A DNA stretch of 24,992 bases from an uncultured virus (IMG/VR IMGVR_UViG_3300007177_000029) (IMGVR_UViG_3300007177_000029), one strand, 5' to 3'. Numbered from the stretch's first letter, positions 8,598-18,254 are shown. Numbers and translations are program-made. The notes: generated by a model not told the origin, from the letters alone.

Positions 8598-9715
8598 AAT
8601 GTATCAATTTTGTTTTTGTTAATATAAATGTTTTTTACTTTAGACTGACTTTTATTTAACCAATTTTCTTCAATAGTGTTTTTACAGTATATTCTAATAA
8701 TTATTGATTCTTTTTTATTTTTTTCAAGTCTTACTACTCTACCTGTTCTTTGAATAAATTGTTTTTCTTTAGAAGTATTAGCTAATATTATAGCAAACTG
8801 TAATCTTGGTAATGTAACACCTTCATCTAAAGTCATTGCACTAGATAATATTTTTTCTTTAGTTCTACCATCTGAAAAAAGTTTTATTACTTCTGTTCTT
8901 TTTTTAGAAGTTAAACCACTATGATGTACTAAAGAATTTTCTACTATTTTTTGTACTTTTTCTGCTGATTTTTTTGATTGTGTAAATATAATACCATAAG
9001 AATTAAAATATTTTTTAATTTCTTCTAATAATTTATATTTGTTAGAAGCATCATAAATTAAATTTTTTCTTTGTCCTATTAAATCCCAAGCATTGTAACC
9101 TTTTATAGAAGCTTCATTAATTTTATTAGATAAAAATGTATATCTTTTATTTTCATTCTTTGTTAAATTAACACCTATATTATAAACTTTAAAATTGTTT
9201 ATTAATTCTAATTCTAAAGCTTTTTTAATATTCATCTGATAAATAATAGGACATTTTTGTTCAATAAATAATTGATGAAAATGTTCTCCAGGAATACTTG
9301 CCGATAAACATATTTTTCTTTTAAAAATATTATTTTTAAATACATTATAAAAAGTATTTCCTAAATAATTATGAACCTCATCAAAAATACCAATACTATA
9401 ATTTCTGTTTTTATATTTACTACAAGTATTAACACATTGAATATCAACGTGTTTTAATATATGCAGCATTTTCCATTTTTTAAATTCTTTAACCCATTCT
9501 TTTTTAATTTCAGTAGTAGGAGTTACAATTAAAACAGAAAATTTGTCAATGTTAATATTAGAAACAATAGCTTGATTGTAAATTAAATTTATTGCATCTA
9601 ATCCTACTTTACATTTACCAAAACCAGTTACAGCATTTATAGTTCCTTGATAATTATTTTTAATCCACGCTTGAATTGCTTTACTTTGTTCATTTATTTT
9701 ATTTTCAATCTTCAT
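8588..9715 (-). CDS. superfamily 2 helicase (DExH, ResIII/UvsW-like)
   Basis: Motif I AVTGFGKC, motif II IFDEVH, motif III LSAS, LDEGVTLP, motif VI QRTGRVVR. Likely start is MKIENK at 9715. Confidence 0.88.
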   Translation of the reverse strand: MKIENKINEQSKAIQAWIKNNYQGTINAVTGFGKCKVGLDAINLIYNQAIVSNINIDKFSVLIVTPTTEIKKEWVKEFKKWKMLHILKHVDIQCVNTCSKYKNRNYSIGIFDEVHNYLGNTFYNVFKNNIFKRKICLSASIPGEHFHQLFIEQKCPIIYQMNIKKALELELINNFKVYNIGVNLTKNENKRYTFLSNKINEASIKGYNAWDLIGQRKNLIYDASNKYKLLEEIKKYFNSYGIIFTQSKKSAEKVQKIVENSLVHHSGLTSKKRTEVIKLFSDGRTKEKILSSAMTLDEGVTLPRLQFAIILANTSKEKQFIQRTGRVVRLEKNKKESIIIRIYCKNTIEENWLNKSQSKVKNIYINKNKIDTLWI

Positions 9716-10142
9716 TTTCAATAAAATTAAACTTACTTTTAAACGAAACATTGTTACAATTAACTATAAATTCTATATTAATTGCTTCTTTTAATTCATT
9801 AATTGAATAATATTTATTTTCTTCAATATTAAGTATTTTAATTGTATCGTTTTGAAAAACACTTTTAAAATCTAAACCTTTTATTAATTTAAAATTTAAT
9901 AAAATTTTATTTGTCTTTATTTGAGAATCATATTCATCTTTGTAAATATAATTAAAAATGTTGTTAGATGTAATAGATTTTAGATTTAAAACACTTAAAG
10001 AATTAAAAAAAATATTTCCAAATACTTCTTTAATTAATTCTATGTTTTCTGGTATTTTTAGAATTTCATCTATGTTTAAAAAACAATTTTCTAATAATTT
10101 TTTTATTTCAGTATCTTTATTCATATTTTTTATTTTTTCCAA
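9705..10142 (-). CDS. hypothetical protein
   Basis: ORF track; fills the gap between PolA and the SF2 helicase; start may be ATG at 10124. Confidence 0.6.
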   Translation of the reverse strand: MEKIKNMNKDTEIKKLLENCFLNIDEILKIPENIELIKEVFGNIFFNSLSVLNLKSITSNNIFNYIYKDEYDSQIKTNKILLNFKLIKGLDFKSVFQNDTIKILNIEENKYYSINELKEAINIEFIVNCNNVSFKSKFNFIENED

Positions 10143-12010
10143 TAATCATTAACATAACAATCTGCTTTAATAGGTACATTTTTAATATATTTTTTAGCAG
10201 TAGAAACCATAATTTCTTCTAATTTAACTTTCCATTCTTCAGATTGATTTTCAATGCACATTGTGTTAATTTCATCATACACAGATAATAATATTTTAGC
10301 ATCCCAATTATTGTTTTCAATTTCTTTTTGAACATTAATTAAAGCTGCTTTTATAATATCTGCGTTCATTCCTTGAATTGGTGTATTATAAGATTTTCTA
10401 CTTATTGAGCCTTCTATATTACTATCATTATTTTTAATATAATATTGAAAATCGTTAAAATATCTAATCCTGTTAAATGGCGGTGGTGTATGAATAAAAC
10501 CTTTTTTTAAACCAAATTTTGCCATTTTTTCTAAAAATTTAGAAACTGTAGGTACATTAGATTTAAAAGCTGTAATGATTTTTAAAGCTTCTTGTTTACT
10601 TATATTTAATCTATCTGACAATTTAAATTCTGACATGCCATAGGCAATACCAAAATTTATTGTTTTTTGTACGTCTCTATAAGTTAAAGAAGGGTTATAT
10701 GGAAATTGCTTTTTTACATCTTCAATAGGTATATTAAAAGTAGCTGCACATAATTTACTATGCAAATCTTCTCCATTATTTAAAGCAGAAACCCATACAT
10801 CATCATTTGATAAATCAGCTATTATACAAAGTTCCATACCACTATAATCACCACCTACCCATTTATATCCTTTATCAGCAATAAAAGCACTTCTAATAAG
10901 AGGTCCTAATTCACCTTTTGAAGGAATGTTTAATAAATTAGGATTTTTACATGATATTCTTCCTGTTTCAACTATTTGCCAAAAATCTGGATGTATTTTA
11001 TTAGTTTTTTTATTTATTATATCAATAATATTAGTACCAAAACTAGAATTTAATTTAGAAAGTTTATTGTACTCTAAAAGATTTTTAACTAATTCATTAG
11101 ATTTATTTTTATTTAAAACTTCAGCATTAGTAGATGTTATATTTAAACCTAATTTTTTTAAAACATCAAGTTTTTGTTTTGAAGATTTCCAGTTAATTTT
11201 AATGATTCTTTCTTCAAAACCAAATAAATTTAATTGTCTTTCTTTAGGAACAAATTTTGATAATTTATTAGAAGAAATAACAATATTATCCAAAGATTGT
11301 TCAATTTTAGTTAATTCTTCTTTTACTTTATCATTGATATTTTTCCATTTATTAATATCTAAAGTAACACCATTAAATTCCATTAAAGCAAATACTTTAA
11401 CTACTTCATTTTCTAATTTAACAGTTTCAAAGTAATCAACTTTTAAATTTATTCTATCATTTTCAATTTTTTCAAGTTGAATGTTTTTAATCTTTTTTAA
11501 ATATTTTACATCTTCAGCAGCATAAAGAATAGCTCTTTCTGTTAAACCTTGTGTAAGTATTTCATTTCTAACAGATTTATCTAATTTTATATTTAAATAT
11601 TTATTACATAAATAATCTAAATTAAAAGGAGTTTCTTTACCGTTAGTTATTACTTGCTCTACTAATTGCGTGCAATATACATTTTTTAATAATATGTTGT
11701 TAGCCATTAAAAATTTGTAATCAAATTTAACATTATGGGCTATAAACAATTTATTAGAAGAGTTTAAATAATCAATTAAGAATGAATTGTTAATTGTACT
11801 AAAATCAAATATAAATTGATGTTCATCAGTACCTAATTGAATACACAATAAATTATCTGTATGGCAATCTAATCCAGTAGTTTCAGTATCAATTTCTAAT
11901 TCATTTCCTGTATAATTATTTAATAGTTCTATAGCTTTTTCTGGTTTTGTTATAATAACAAAATTATCAGAATAAAATAATCTTTGGTTTTTTGTTATTA
12001 AATATATCAT
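10130..12010 (-). CDS. polA: DNA polymerase family A with 3'-5' exonuclease (no 5'-3' exonuclease)
   Basis: ExoI DTETTG, ExoII HNVKFD, ExoIII YAAED; ETGRIS; motif A DYSGMEL, motif B R..QKTINFGIAYG, NTPIQG, motif C VYDE. Start MIY at 12010, since the longer ORF runs through a terminator hairpin. Confidence 0.95.
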   Translation of the reverse strand: MIYLITKNQRLFYSDNFVIITKPEKAIELLNNYTGNELEIDTETTGLDCHTDNLLCIQLGTDEHQFIFDFSTINNSFLIDYLNSSNKLFIAHNVKFDYKFLMANNILLKNVYCTQLVEQVITNGKETPFNLDYLCNKYLNIKLDKSVRNEILTQGLTERAILYAAEDVKYLKKIKNIQLEKIENDRINLKVDYFETVKLENEVVKVFALMEFNGVTLDINKWKNINDKVKEELTKIEQSLDNIVISSNKLSKFVPKERQLNLFGFEERIIKINWKSSKQKLDVLKKLGLNITSTNAEVLNKNKSNELVKNLLEYNKLSKLNSSFGTNIIDIINKKTNKIHPDFWQIVETGRISCKNPNLLNIPSKGELGPLIRSAFIADKGYKWVGGDYSGMELCIIADLSNDDVWVSALNNGEDLHSKLCAATFNIPIEDVKKQFPYNPSLTYRDVQKTINFGIAYGMSEFKLSDRLNISKQEALKIITAFKSNVPTVSKFLEKMAKFGLKKGFIHTPPPFNRIRYFNDFQYYIKNNDSNIEGSISRKSYNTPIQGMNADIIKAALINVQKEIENNNWDAKILLSVYDEINTMCIENQSEEWKVKLEEIMVSTAKKYIKNVPIKADCYVNDYWKK

Positions 12011-12025
12011 ACAATAAAAAATAAA

Positions 12026-12047
12026 AAGGGAGGAATTATCCTCCCTT
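12026..12047 (-). terminator. intergenic hairpin / terminator upstream of polA
   Basis: AAGGGAGGA-ATTA-TCCTCCCTT stem, T-run on minus strand. Confidence 0.7.
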
Positions 12048-12068
12048 AACTTCACAACAAAATAATTA

Positions 12069-12389
12069 TTAGAACCTTTCGTTAAAGATTTCTTCTAATA
12101 ATTGTAATTCTTTTTCTAAAGCAATTACAGTTAATTTAGATTCAACTAATGTGTTAGGATTTACATTAGGAGTTTTAGATTGAGCTTCAACTACTGTTTT
12201 AGCTTCTTTTACTTTTTTCTTATGTAAATGAATACAATTAATAAAATCTAATTTATTATCTTCTACTGCACTTACTAATGAATCCATAGCTTTTGCTACT
12301 TCATCTTTACCTAATTCAGCTGTTGCTAAATCTAATACTTTTTTTGAATTTGCTGCTACTTGAGCTGCTGCATTTGTTTGATTTTCCAT
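12069..12389 (-). CDS. hypothetical coiled-coil protein
   Basis: ORF track, Ala-rich helical; followed by a terminator-like hairpin. Confidence 0.75.
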   Translation of the reverse strand: MENQTNAAAQVAANSKKVLDLATAELGKDEVAKAMDSLVSAVEDNKLDFINCIHLHKKKVKEAKTVVEAQSKTPNVNPNTLVESKLTVIALEKELQLLEEIFNERF

Positions 12390-12399
12390 CTTCTTTTGT

Positions 12400-12942
12400 T
12401 TAATAAAAGTTTAATTTAAATAAGTTTCTGATAAATGTTGTGTTTTTTGTCTCTACATTTTTAGACATTGTAGTTTGATTTTCTTTGAATTTATTTTCTA
12501 TTGATTCAAATTCATCTTGCTTTACTTGTGTTAATTGTTGTGAAGATTTTATTTTATTGTATTCTTCTAATAAATTTTTATCAAATTCAGTTTTATTTAA
12601 ATTGATATTTAATTTATTTTCTATTTCTTTTTTTTTAGATTCTTCAAATAACTTTTCTGCTTCATCAAATGGATTAGAACCTATCATAGTAAAATTATTT
12701 TTACTGTTATCAATTTCATAATCATCATCATCTTCTTCATCATAGTCATTAAATTCATCTTGGTCTTCATCATAATAATCTTCATCTTCTTCACAAGTAC
12801 AGTCATTTAAATCTCTGTTACAATCTTCGCAAAGATGATGTTCTATTAATCCTAAATCTTTAGCTTCAATTGCTAAAGGGTCAACATTTGAATTTTTATT
12901 TGTTTCTTCAAATGCTTTTTCAATTTCATCAAATTTATTCAT
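12400..12942 (-). CDS. hypothetical acidic protein with Cys cluster (CEDC-x6-CTC)
   Basis: HHLCEDCNRDLNDCTC followed by a long Asp/Glu/Tyr tract. Confidence 0.7.
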   Translation of the reverse strand: MNKFDEIEKAFEETNKNSNVDPLAIEAKDLGLIEHHLCEDCNRDLNDCTCEEDEDYYDEDQDEFNDYDEEDDDDYEIDNSKNNFTMIGSNPFDEAEKLFEESKKKEIENKLNINLNKTEFDKNLLEEYNKIKSSQQLTQVKQDEFESIENKFKENQTTMSKNVETKNTTFIRNLFKLNFY

Positions 12943-13207
12943 AATTTTCTATTTTAAATTCATCTGTAAATTTAATAAATTCTTCTTTATCAAGAAGTAA
13001 TTCTTCTTTTAAATCTAAATTAAAGTTACACTCAATAGCTTTTAATACTTGATTTATGTTAGTACAATAAGTACATTCATTTAAAAAATCAATAGCTTTA
13101 TAAGGGTCATTAAATTCTTTTGATTGTTTTTCATCAGTTAATGTATCTAATTGTGCATTATGTAATCCGCATATATCTACTAAAAATTCAACTTTTATAC
13201 TTTTCAT
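12935..13207 (-). CDS. hypothetical protein
   Basis: ORF track, overlapping neighbours. Confidence 0.65.
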   Translation of the reverse strand: MKSIKVEFLVDICGLHNAQLDTLTDEKQSKEFNDPYKAIDFLNECTYCTNINQVLKAIECNFNLDLKEELLLDKEEFIKFTDEFKIENYE

Positions 13208-13479
13208 AAATCTAATTTTTTAATTAAATTATTTAACATTTCTAAATTATTTTTTATTTCTTCAACAGAATTTAATGCTTTTTCTTTACTTTTTTTTATA
13301 TCTTCACTTTCATCAAAATCTGGATTAATTATTTTTATTACTTCTAAAATTTTTTCAGTGTCATTAAATTTTTTTATTGATTCTAAATAATGTTCCCTAT
13401 TAGATTTTAAAAGTTTTAATAAATAATTATATTCTTCTACACTAACATTATTATTTTCTAGAATTTTTAATATGCTCAT
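13204..13479 (-). CDS. hypothetical coiled-coil protein
   Basis: ORF track, ATGA overlap with next gene. Confidence 0.65.
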   Translation of the reverse strand: MSILKILENNNVSVEEYNYLLKLLKSNREHYLESIKKFNDTEKILEVIKIINPDFDESEDIKKSKEKALNSVEEIKNNLEMLNNLIKKLDL

Positions 13480-13582
13480 TATGTTTTTTCTTTAATTGTT
13501 TGAGTAATTCTTTTTCTTCTTTAGTTTTTTTAAAAACTGATTGGTCTACTAATTTATTAGTATTAATTATTATATTTTCCAT
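13451..13582 (-). CDS. small basic hypothetical protein (43 aa)
   Basis: Manual translation MENIIINTNKLVDQSVFKKTKEEKELLKQLKKKHNEHIKNSRK; bridges the gap between two ORFs. Confidence 0.45.
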   Translation of the reverse strand: MENIIINTNKLVDQSVFKKTKEEKELLKQLKKKHNEHIKNSRK

Positions 13583-13935
13583 GAGTAATTATTAATAAAA
13601 TGTGTTATAAAATCTAATATATCTTTATCTGTAGATATGTTTTCTGGATTATTTGATATTTTTTCTTTTAAATTTGGATTATTTTTTAAAGATGTGTAAA
13701 ACCAACAAACAAAATCTAATCTTTCTTTATCTGATTTCCAATTACCTAATTTATTCCATGTAATATAATCAAAATTTATTTCTTTTACTGTAGAATATTT
13801 TAACATATTAATGTAAACATCTAATTGTTCTTCATTAAAAAAAGTTATTATTCTTCCTTTTAATTTATAACCATCTTTTTTATATTCTGGTGAAAATAAT
13901 AATTCTTTAAAAAATTCTTTAATTGCTTTAAACAT
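13570..13935 (-). CDS. hypothetical protein
   Basis: ORF track. Confidence 0.65.
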   Translation of the reverse strand: MFKAIKEFFKELLFSPEYKKDGYKLKGRIITFFNEEQLDVYINMLKYSTVKEINFDYITWNKLGNWKSDKERLDFVCWFYTSLKNNPNLKEKISNNPENISTDKDILDFITHFINNYSWKI

Positions 13936-14230
13936 CTTTTACAAATTTACCGTTAATCATTTTACCTGTTCTTTTGCTAATTACTTCATAAGCTGAATTA
14001 ATACAATCTTCTATAGTTAAACCTTTTAAAGCAGCAAGATTAGTTAATACTACAGCACAATCACCAATAGCATCTTTAAACTCTTCTTCATTTTCATTTT
14101 TAATAGATGTTCTTAGTTCTTCTACTTCTTCTATTAATTTTTCAAATTGTTTTTTAAGAGTAGATTGTTGTAAAATACCTTTATTACTTGCCCATAATCT
14201 AATAGGCTCAAATTCATTAGTTAGTTTCAT
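13928..14230 (-). CDS. MazG-like nucleotide pyrophosphohydrolase
   Basis: WASNKG, KLIEEVEEL, DAIGD, AYEVISKRTGKMINGKFVK: typical phage MazG-like family pattern. Confidence 0.88.
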   Translation of the reverse strand: MKLTNEFEPIRLWASNKGILQQSTLKKQFEKLIEEVEELRTSIKNENEEEFKDAIGDCAVVLTNLAALKGLTIEDCINSAYEVISKRTGKMINGKFVKDV

Positions 14231-14433
14231 CTTAATTTTTTATAAGTTCTTATTTCTTCTATTTCAATATTAATGTCAAACATTTTTGATTCATCATAGC
14301 TAACAGGATTAATTATTATTTCTTCTTCATTTAATTCTTTAAAAAATCCGCAATAATCAATTCCTGTTATAGTATTTATTAAAACTAAATCATTATGTTT
14401 AACGTGCATTTTAAAGCGCATTAAATCTTTCAT
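14227..14433 (-). CDS. hypothetical protein (small beta-barrel-like)
   Basis: ORF track, coupled overlaps. Confidence 0.6.
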   Translation of the reverse strand: MKDLMRFKMHVKHNDLVLINTITGIDYCGFFKELNEEEIIINPVSYDESKMFDINIEIEEIRTYKKLR

Positions 14434-14660
14434 TAATAATTTAATCCTACTAAAAATCCTCTGTTATAACCATGAGTGTAAGAATCTTCTCCTATTCTTG
14501 GTATAGGACACATTGGTGGTGGAGGTGGCATACAACTATATGTGTTACTTTTATAGCAATAACCATTCTTAAAACCATTGTAAAATCCTTCACAATAAGC
14601 ATCGCTATAGTTACTAGAAGTTAATCCTAATAACAATACAATTAAAACAATAAATCTCAT
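14433..14660 (-). CDS. small secreted Cys/Pro-rich protein
   Basis: Hydrophobic signal-like N-terminus, CEGFYNGFKNGYCY, CMPPPPPMCPIP, YTHGYNRGF. Confidence 0.7.
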   Translation of the reverse strand: MRFIVLIVLLLGLTSSNYSDAYCEGFYNGFKNGYCYKSNTYSCMPPPPPMCPIPRIGEDSYTHGYNRGFLVGLNY

Positions 14661-15046
14661 AAAAATTTCTTTTTTACTTCAGTTAATAATTTATCTAAAC
14701 TTTCTGCATCAATAGATTGAATAATTAAAGCATCTGATATAGATTTTACAGAAGTATGAATTTTATAGCTATTTAAAAACTTTTCTACTTCAGGAATTAA
14801 TTTAAAAGATTGTTCTACGTAATTTTCTATTACATTTTTATAATATAAATTACCAGAAGCAAATAATCTATTTTTTTCAAACTTTTCTCTTATAGAAAAA
14901 GATTCTTTTCTAAATTTAGCTATATCTTTAGAATACTTTTCACGTAATTCTTTTAATTTAGCTTCAAAAATTTCTCTTTTTTCTTTTTGAATACTTGATG
15001 CTAAAGTTTCAGCTAAAACTTTAATTTGTGTTTGTGTTATCTTCAT
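14657..15046 (-). CDS. hypothetical protein
   Basis: ORF track. Confidence 0.65.
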   Translation of the reverse strand: MKITQTQIKVLAETLASSIQKEKREIFEAKLKELREKYSKDIAKFRKESFSIREKFEKNRLFASGNLYYKNVIENYVEQSFKLIPEVEKFLNSYKIHTSVKSISDALIIQSIDAESLDKLLTEVKKKFL

Positions 15047-15803
15047 TTTTTAAAATTTTAAAGTGTATTAACATTTTACGTACTTCTTCTACTAAATCAT
15101 CAATGCTTCCATTATTATTTATTACATAATCAAATTCAGCATTGTTTAAATCATTTTCAGATATATGATTCATTGATTCTACATTATCATTTAGTATTTT
15201 AACTATATAATTTTTTTTAGTTTTATTTCTTATGAAATTATATTCGTCTTTAAATCTTAAATCTGTTATAATATAATGTTTACCTTTTTTTATCTGTTTG
15301 TCTACTAAGTCAATCCAGATATTAGGATTAATGTTATTTTTAAATAATTCAGTACCTATTTTTTGCATCATTTGTCTGTATGTAGGTTTTATTAATACAA
15401 AATAATGTTCAGGTTCTCCTTCAGGAATTAAATTAAAAATTTGTTTTGATATTTTATTTTGGTAATACCAAAATTGTTTATCAACAAATGAGTTTTTAAA
15501 GTCTTGATTGTCAAAATTACTTTTAGCTTTATTAAATACAACAGAACAAATTTCTTTTAATTTATCAGCAAAAGCTAATTCAATCCATATTTTATTATAC
15601 TTTTTTAAACCTAAAGAAAGTTTAGCAACATTAAAATCACACACAGCAAAATAGCAATAATGACCTATAACCCAAGGTAGTCTACCTTGTTCAATTAGTC
15701 TTTTTTTTAAAGGCATTTGTGAATTACGTAATATTAAATACCTTATTATTTGAGCTACAGTATTTTTACCTGAACCTGCTTTACCGTTTAGTGCTATCAG
15801 CAT
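15021..15803 (-). CDS. deoxynucleoside monophosphate kinase
   Basis: LNGKAGSGK P-loop, FADKLKE, RQMMQKIGTE, ITDLRFKDE, HISE, INNNG. Confidence 0.9.
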   Translation of the reverse strand: MLIALNGKAGSGKNTVAQIIRYLILRNSQMPLKKRLIEQGRLPWVIGHYCYFAVCDFNVAKLSLGLKKYNKIWIELAFADKLKEICSVVFNKAKSNFDNQDFKNSFVDKQFWYYQNKISKQIFNLIPEGEPEHYFVLIKPTYRQMMQKIGTELFKNNINPNIWIDLVDKQIKKGKHYIITDLRFKDEYNFIRNKTKKNYIVKILNDNVESMNHISENDLNNAEFDYVINNNGSIDDLVEEVRKMLIHFKILKNEDNTNTN

Positions 15804-16167
15804 ATTTTTTAATTAAATCTTTTAGTTTAATATCTTTTACAGAATCTGCTATTTTATCAATTAGTTCATCTACTATTTCATCTCCTAAAGCATCTCTCAT
15901 AGAATTTTCTATGTTTTTTAATACTTTATAAGTATTTTCATTTACTTTATCTAAAGATTTTAAAGTTTTATTTATTTTTTCTTTTTCTACATATTTTTTA
16001 TTAGCAGGAGATAAAGTATCAAATTTATATTTAACTTTTTCAGAATGTAAATTTATTTTTCTTATTGTATCTAAACATCCTGTTAAATATATATTAGTTA
16101 CAGCAGACATTGCAGCAAATACAGCTATATTATCTTTTTCTATTTCATCTAATATTAATTTACTCAT
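15781..16167 (-). CDS. hypothetical protein
   Basis: ORF track. Confidence 0.65.
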   Translation of the reverse strand: MSKLILDEIEKDNIAVFAAMSAVTNIYLTGCLDTIRKINLHSEKVKYKFDTLSPANKKYVEKEKINKTLKSLDKVNENTYKVLKNIENSMRDALGDEIVDELIDKIADSVKDIKLKDLIKKYADSTKR

Positions 16168-16736
16168 TATGAATTTATTATGTTTAAAAATTTTTCTTCA
16201 TTATCAAATACTTTAATTATATAAGTTTTTAATTTTATATCATATTTTAAATCTTCAAAAGCTTTTATATAATGATAAATATTAGTTCTATCTACATTTA
16301 TTTCTTTACATACTTCTCTTTCAGACATTAATAATTTTTTAAATAAAATAAAAGAAATTATTTTTCTAGCGTAAACTAAATGTTCAATTCTTGATTTTGA
16401 TTTTAATTCAATTAAAGTAATACCAATTTTATCACAAACAAATTTTATAATTTCATCTTTTTTATTTACACTAACAACAATGTCTAATCCTACAGCTATA
16501 TAAGGATTTATTTTATTTTTAGACATAATATTTAATGCGTAATCAGAAGTATCGTTTATAACTTCAATTTCTTCTTTATTTATTCTAGATAATACTTTTT
16601 TTGTTTTTCTTTTGTCTTGGTAAATAAAATAAGATTTATTTTGATTATTTGCCATTACTTGATAAACTTCATTATTATATAAAATAGTATGACCTACTCT
16701 AATAACAATTCCTTTTTTATCTATTATTTTTTCCAT
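16167..16736 (-). CDS. DnaA C-terminal (domain IV)-like helix-turn-helix protein with YopX-like N-terminus
   Basis: VCDKIGITLIELKSKSRIEHLVYARKI...SEREVCKEINVDRTNIYHY resembles DnaA domain IV (l.sk.R...v.aRqi...iG..f.rdHttV.h); N-terminal DKKGIVIRVGHTI is YopX-like. Confidence 0.6.
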   Translation of the reverse strand: MEKIIDKKGIVIRVGHTILYNNEVYQVMANNQNKSYFIYQDKRKTKKVLSRINKEEIEVINDTSDYALNIMSKNKINPYIAVGLDIVVSVNKKDEIIKFVCDKIGITLIELKSKSRIEHLVYARKIISFILFKKLLMSEREVCKEINVDRTNIYHYIKAFEDLKYDIKLKTYIIKVFDNEEKFLNIINS

Positions 16737-16950
16737 AAGTTTTATTGAAATAGGTTTTTAATTTATTTTCATAAATTGTTGTTTTGAATTCTTTTTCCCA
16801 ATAATTACGACTTTCAGGTATTTCTAATATTTTATTAAGTTTAATTCTTATATGTTCGTGATATTCTAACTTTTGAACTTTAATTATTTTATAATTATGA
16901 TGCGTTGAAAGTTGTAATGGTATTATTAATAATAAAATTAAATAATTCAT
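16717..16950 (-). CDS. hypothetical protein with hydrophobic N-terminus
   Basis: ORF track. Confidence 0.55.
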   Translation of the reverse strand: MNYLILLLIIPLQLSTHHNYKIIKVQKLEYHEHIRIKLNKILEIPESRNYWEKEFKTTIYENKLKTYFNKTYGKNNR

Positions 16951-16954
16951 TAAT

Positions 16955-17647
16955 TTATTTTATTTTAGTTATTGATTTTATATCTTCTTTAAAAATAACT
17001 TTAGCTTTATCCGATTGATAACTAAAAGTTAGTGAAATTTCCCCAAAATTTTGTGTGAATAATAAACCATAAATTTTCTCATTATTAATAGTAACTATCT
17101 CAACTATATCACCATTTTTAAACTCAGAAAAGTCTATTTTTGGTGTGGGTAGTTGGACGTTTTTCCAACCAATACAATGAATATCCATATAATTACCTTT
17201 GAATTTCCCTGTAATTCTACGAAAATTTTTAGATACATCATAATCTTTCACTAACATTTCAACAGGTTCTGAAAACTCGCAAGTATCAGGCAATTCATCG
17301 AATTTACCCTCTTTGGCTAATTTTGTGTAAATAGCTTTTTGTAGATTTTCATCTTCAATTTTTCTTTTGTTTTCTTTGTCAAATAAACTCATATTTTCTT
17401 TATTAATTTCTACATCGTTAACTTCCTCCCAAGAAAAATCAAAGCCATCAGGGAAATGTTTTTTAATTTCTTCGGTAATTGGTGGATGGTTGCCATTATA
17501 AATGGCATACCAAAATTTATCACTTGTTTCATCCCAATCAAAAGCATCTTCTAACATTTCTTTATAATCGTAATATTTATCCGTATTATTTTCCGCTAAA
17601 TATTCAGTCATTCTTCTATATGGCTGTTTTAAATCTGCTATTTTCAT
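16955..17647 (-). CDS. hypothetical protein (compositionally distinct)
   Basis: ORF track; AFDWDET...FW motif; visibly more G/C-ending codons than neighbours. Confidence 0.7.
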   Translation of the reverse strand: MKIADLKQPYRRMTEYLAENNTDKYYDYKEMLEDAFDWDETSDKFWYAIYNGNHPPITEEIKKHFPDGFDFSWEEVNDVEINKENMSLFDKENKRKIEDENLQKAIYTKLAKEGKFDELPDTCEFSEPVEMLVKDYDVSKNFRRITGKFKGNYMDIHCIGWKNVQLPTPKIDFSEFKNGDIVEIVTINNEKIYGLLFTQNFGEISLTFSYQSDKAKVIFKEDIKSITKIK

Positions 17648-17677
17648 TTTATATTTTTTTTAAATAAATAAAAAAGA

Positions 17678-17700
17678 CTAGTAATAATAAATATTACTAG
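17678..17700 (-). terminator. intergenic hairpin / terminator
   Basis: CTAGTAATA-ATAAA-TATTACTAG stem followed by a T-run on the minus strand. Confidence 0.6.
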
Positions 17701-17722
17701 CCTTAAAAACAACACTATGGAA

Positions 17723-18031
17723 TTATAGTACCCTTTCTAAAGTTTCTTTATCAAAGTAAACTCTATAATACTTTAAAGCAGCTTTACCTGCAAATAATTT
17801 TAACATATAAATAATTTCATTTTTAGCAATTTGTTCTAATTGCTTTTTATTTATTTCATTTACTGTATTTAATTTATGTCTAGATATATCTAATAATCTA
17901 GCTTGTAATTCAGTTTTTGTAGAAACAGAAGATAATATAATATTATAATTTTCTTTTAATGCTTCTACTAATTTAGATTTTGATAATGCTTCTAATTTAT
18001 CAATATCTTGATTTAAAATAATTTTTTTCAT
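17723..18031 (-). CDS. hypothetical protein
   Basis: ORF track. Confidence 0.65.
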   Translation of the reverse strand: MKKIILNQDIDKLEALSKSKLVEALKENYNIILSSVSTKTELQARLLDISRHKLNTVNEINKKQLEQIAKNEIIYMLKLFAGKAALKYYRVYFDKETLERVL

Positions 18032-18075
18032 AATTCCAAGTTTTAAAAGTTTTTAATTTATTTTCTTTATTTTAA

Positions 18076-18222
18076 TTATTTAATTTCTTCCCATTCACTT
18101 TCCATAATTACATATTCGCAAGTTGTGCAAATATGAACATAGGATTTAAACGGTTTTGTTTGTTTTACTTGTGTTTTTTGCACTGAGCCACAGTTTGGGC
18201 ATTTTATTTTTACTTTTTTCAT
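18076..18222 (-). CDS. small zinc-ribbon protein (48 aa)
   Basis: Manual translation MKKVKIKCPNCGSVQKTQVKQTKPFKSYVHICTTCEYVIMESEWEEIK; CPNC and CTTC pairs. Confidence 0.75.
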   Translation of the reverse strand: MKKVKIKCPNCGSVQKTQVKQTKPFKSYVHICTTCEYVIMESEWEEIK

Positions 18223-18254
18223 TTTATAAAAATTGTGCTATTGAAATAATAATA

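Noticed and set aside
12011..12055. N-terminal extension of PolA given in the ORF track
   Set aside because: Runs through a terminator hairpin; ATG at 12010 is the more plausible start
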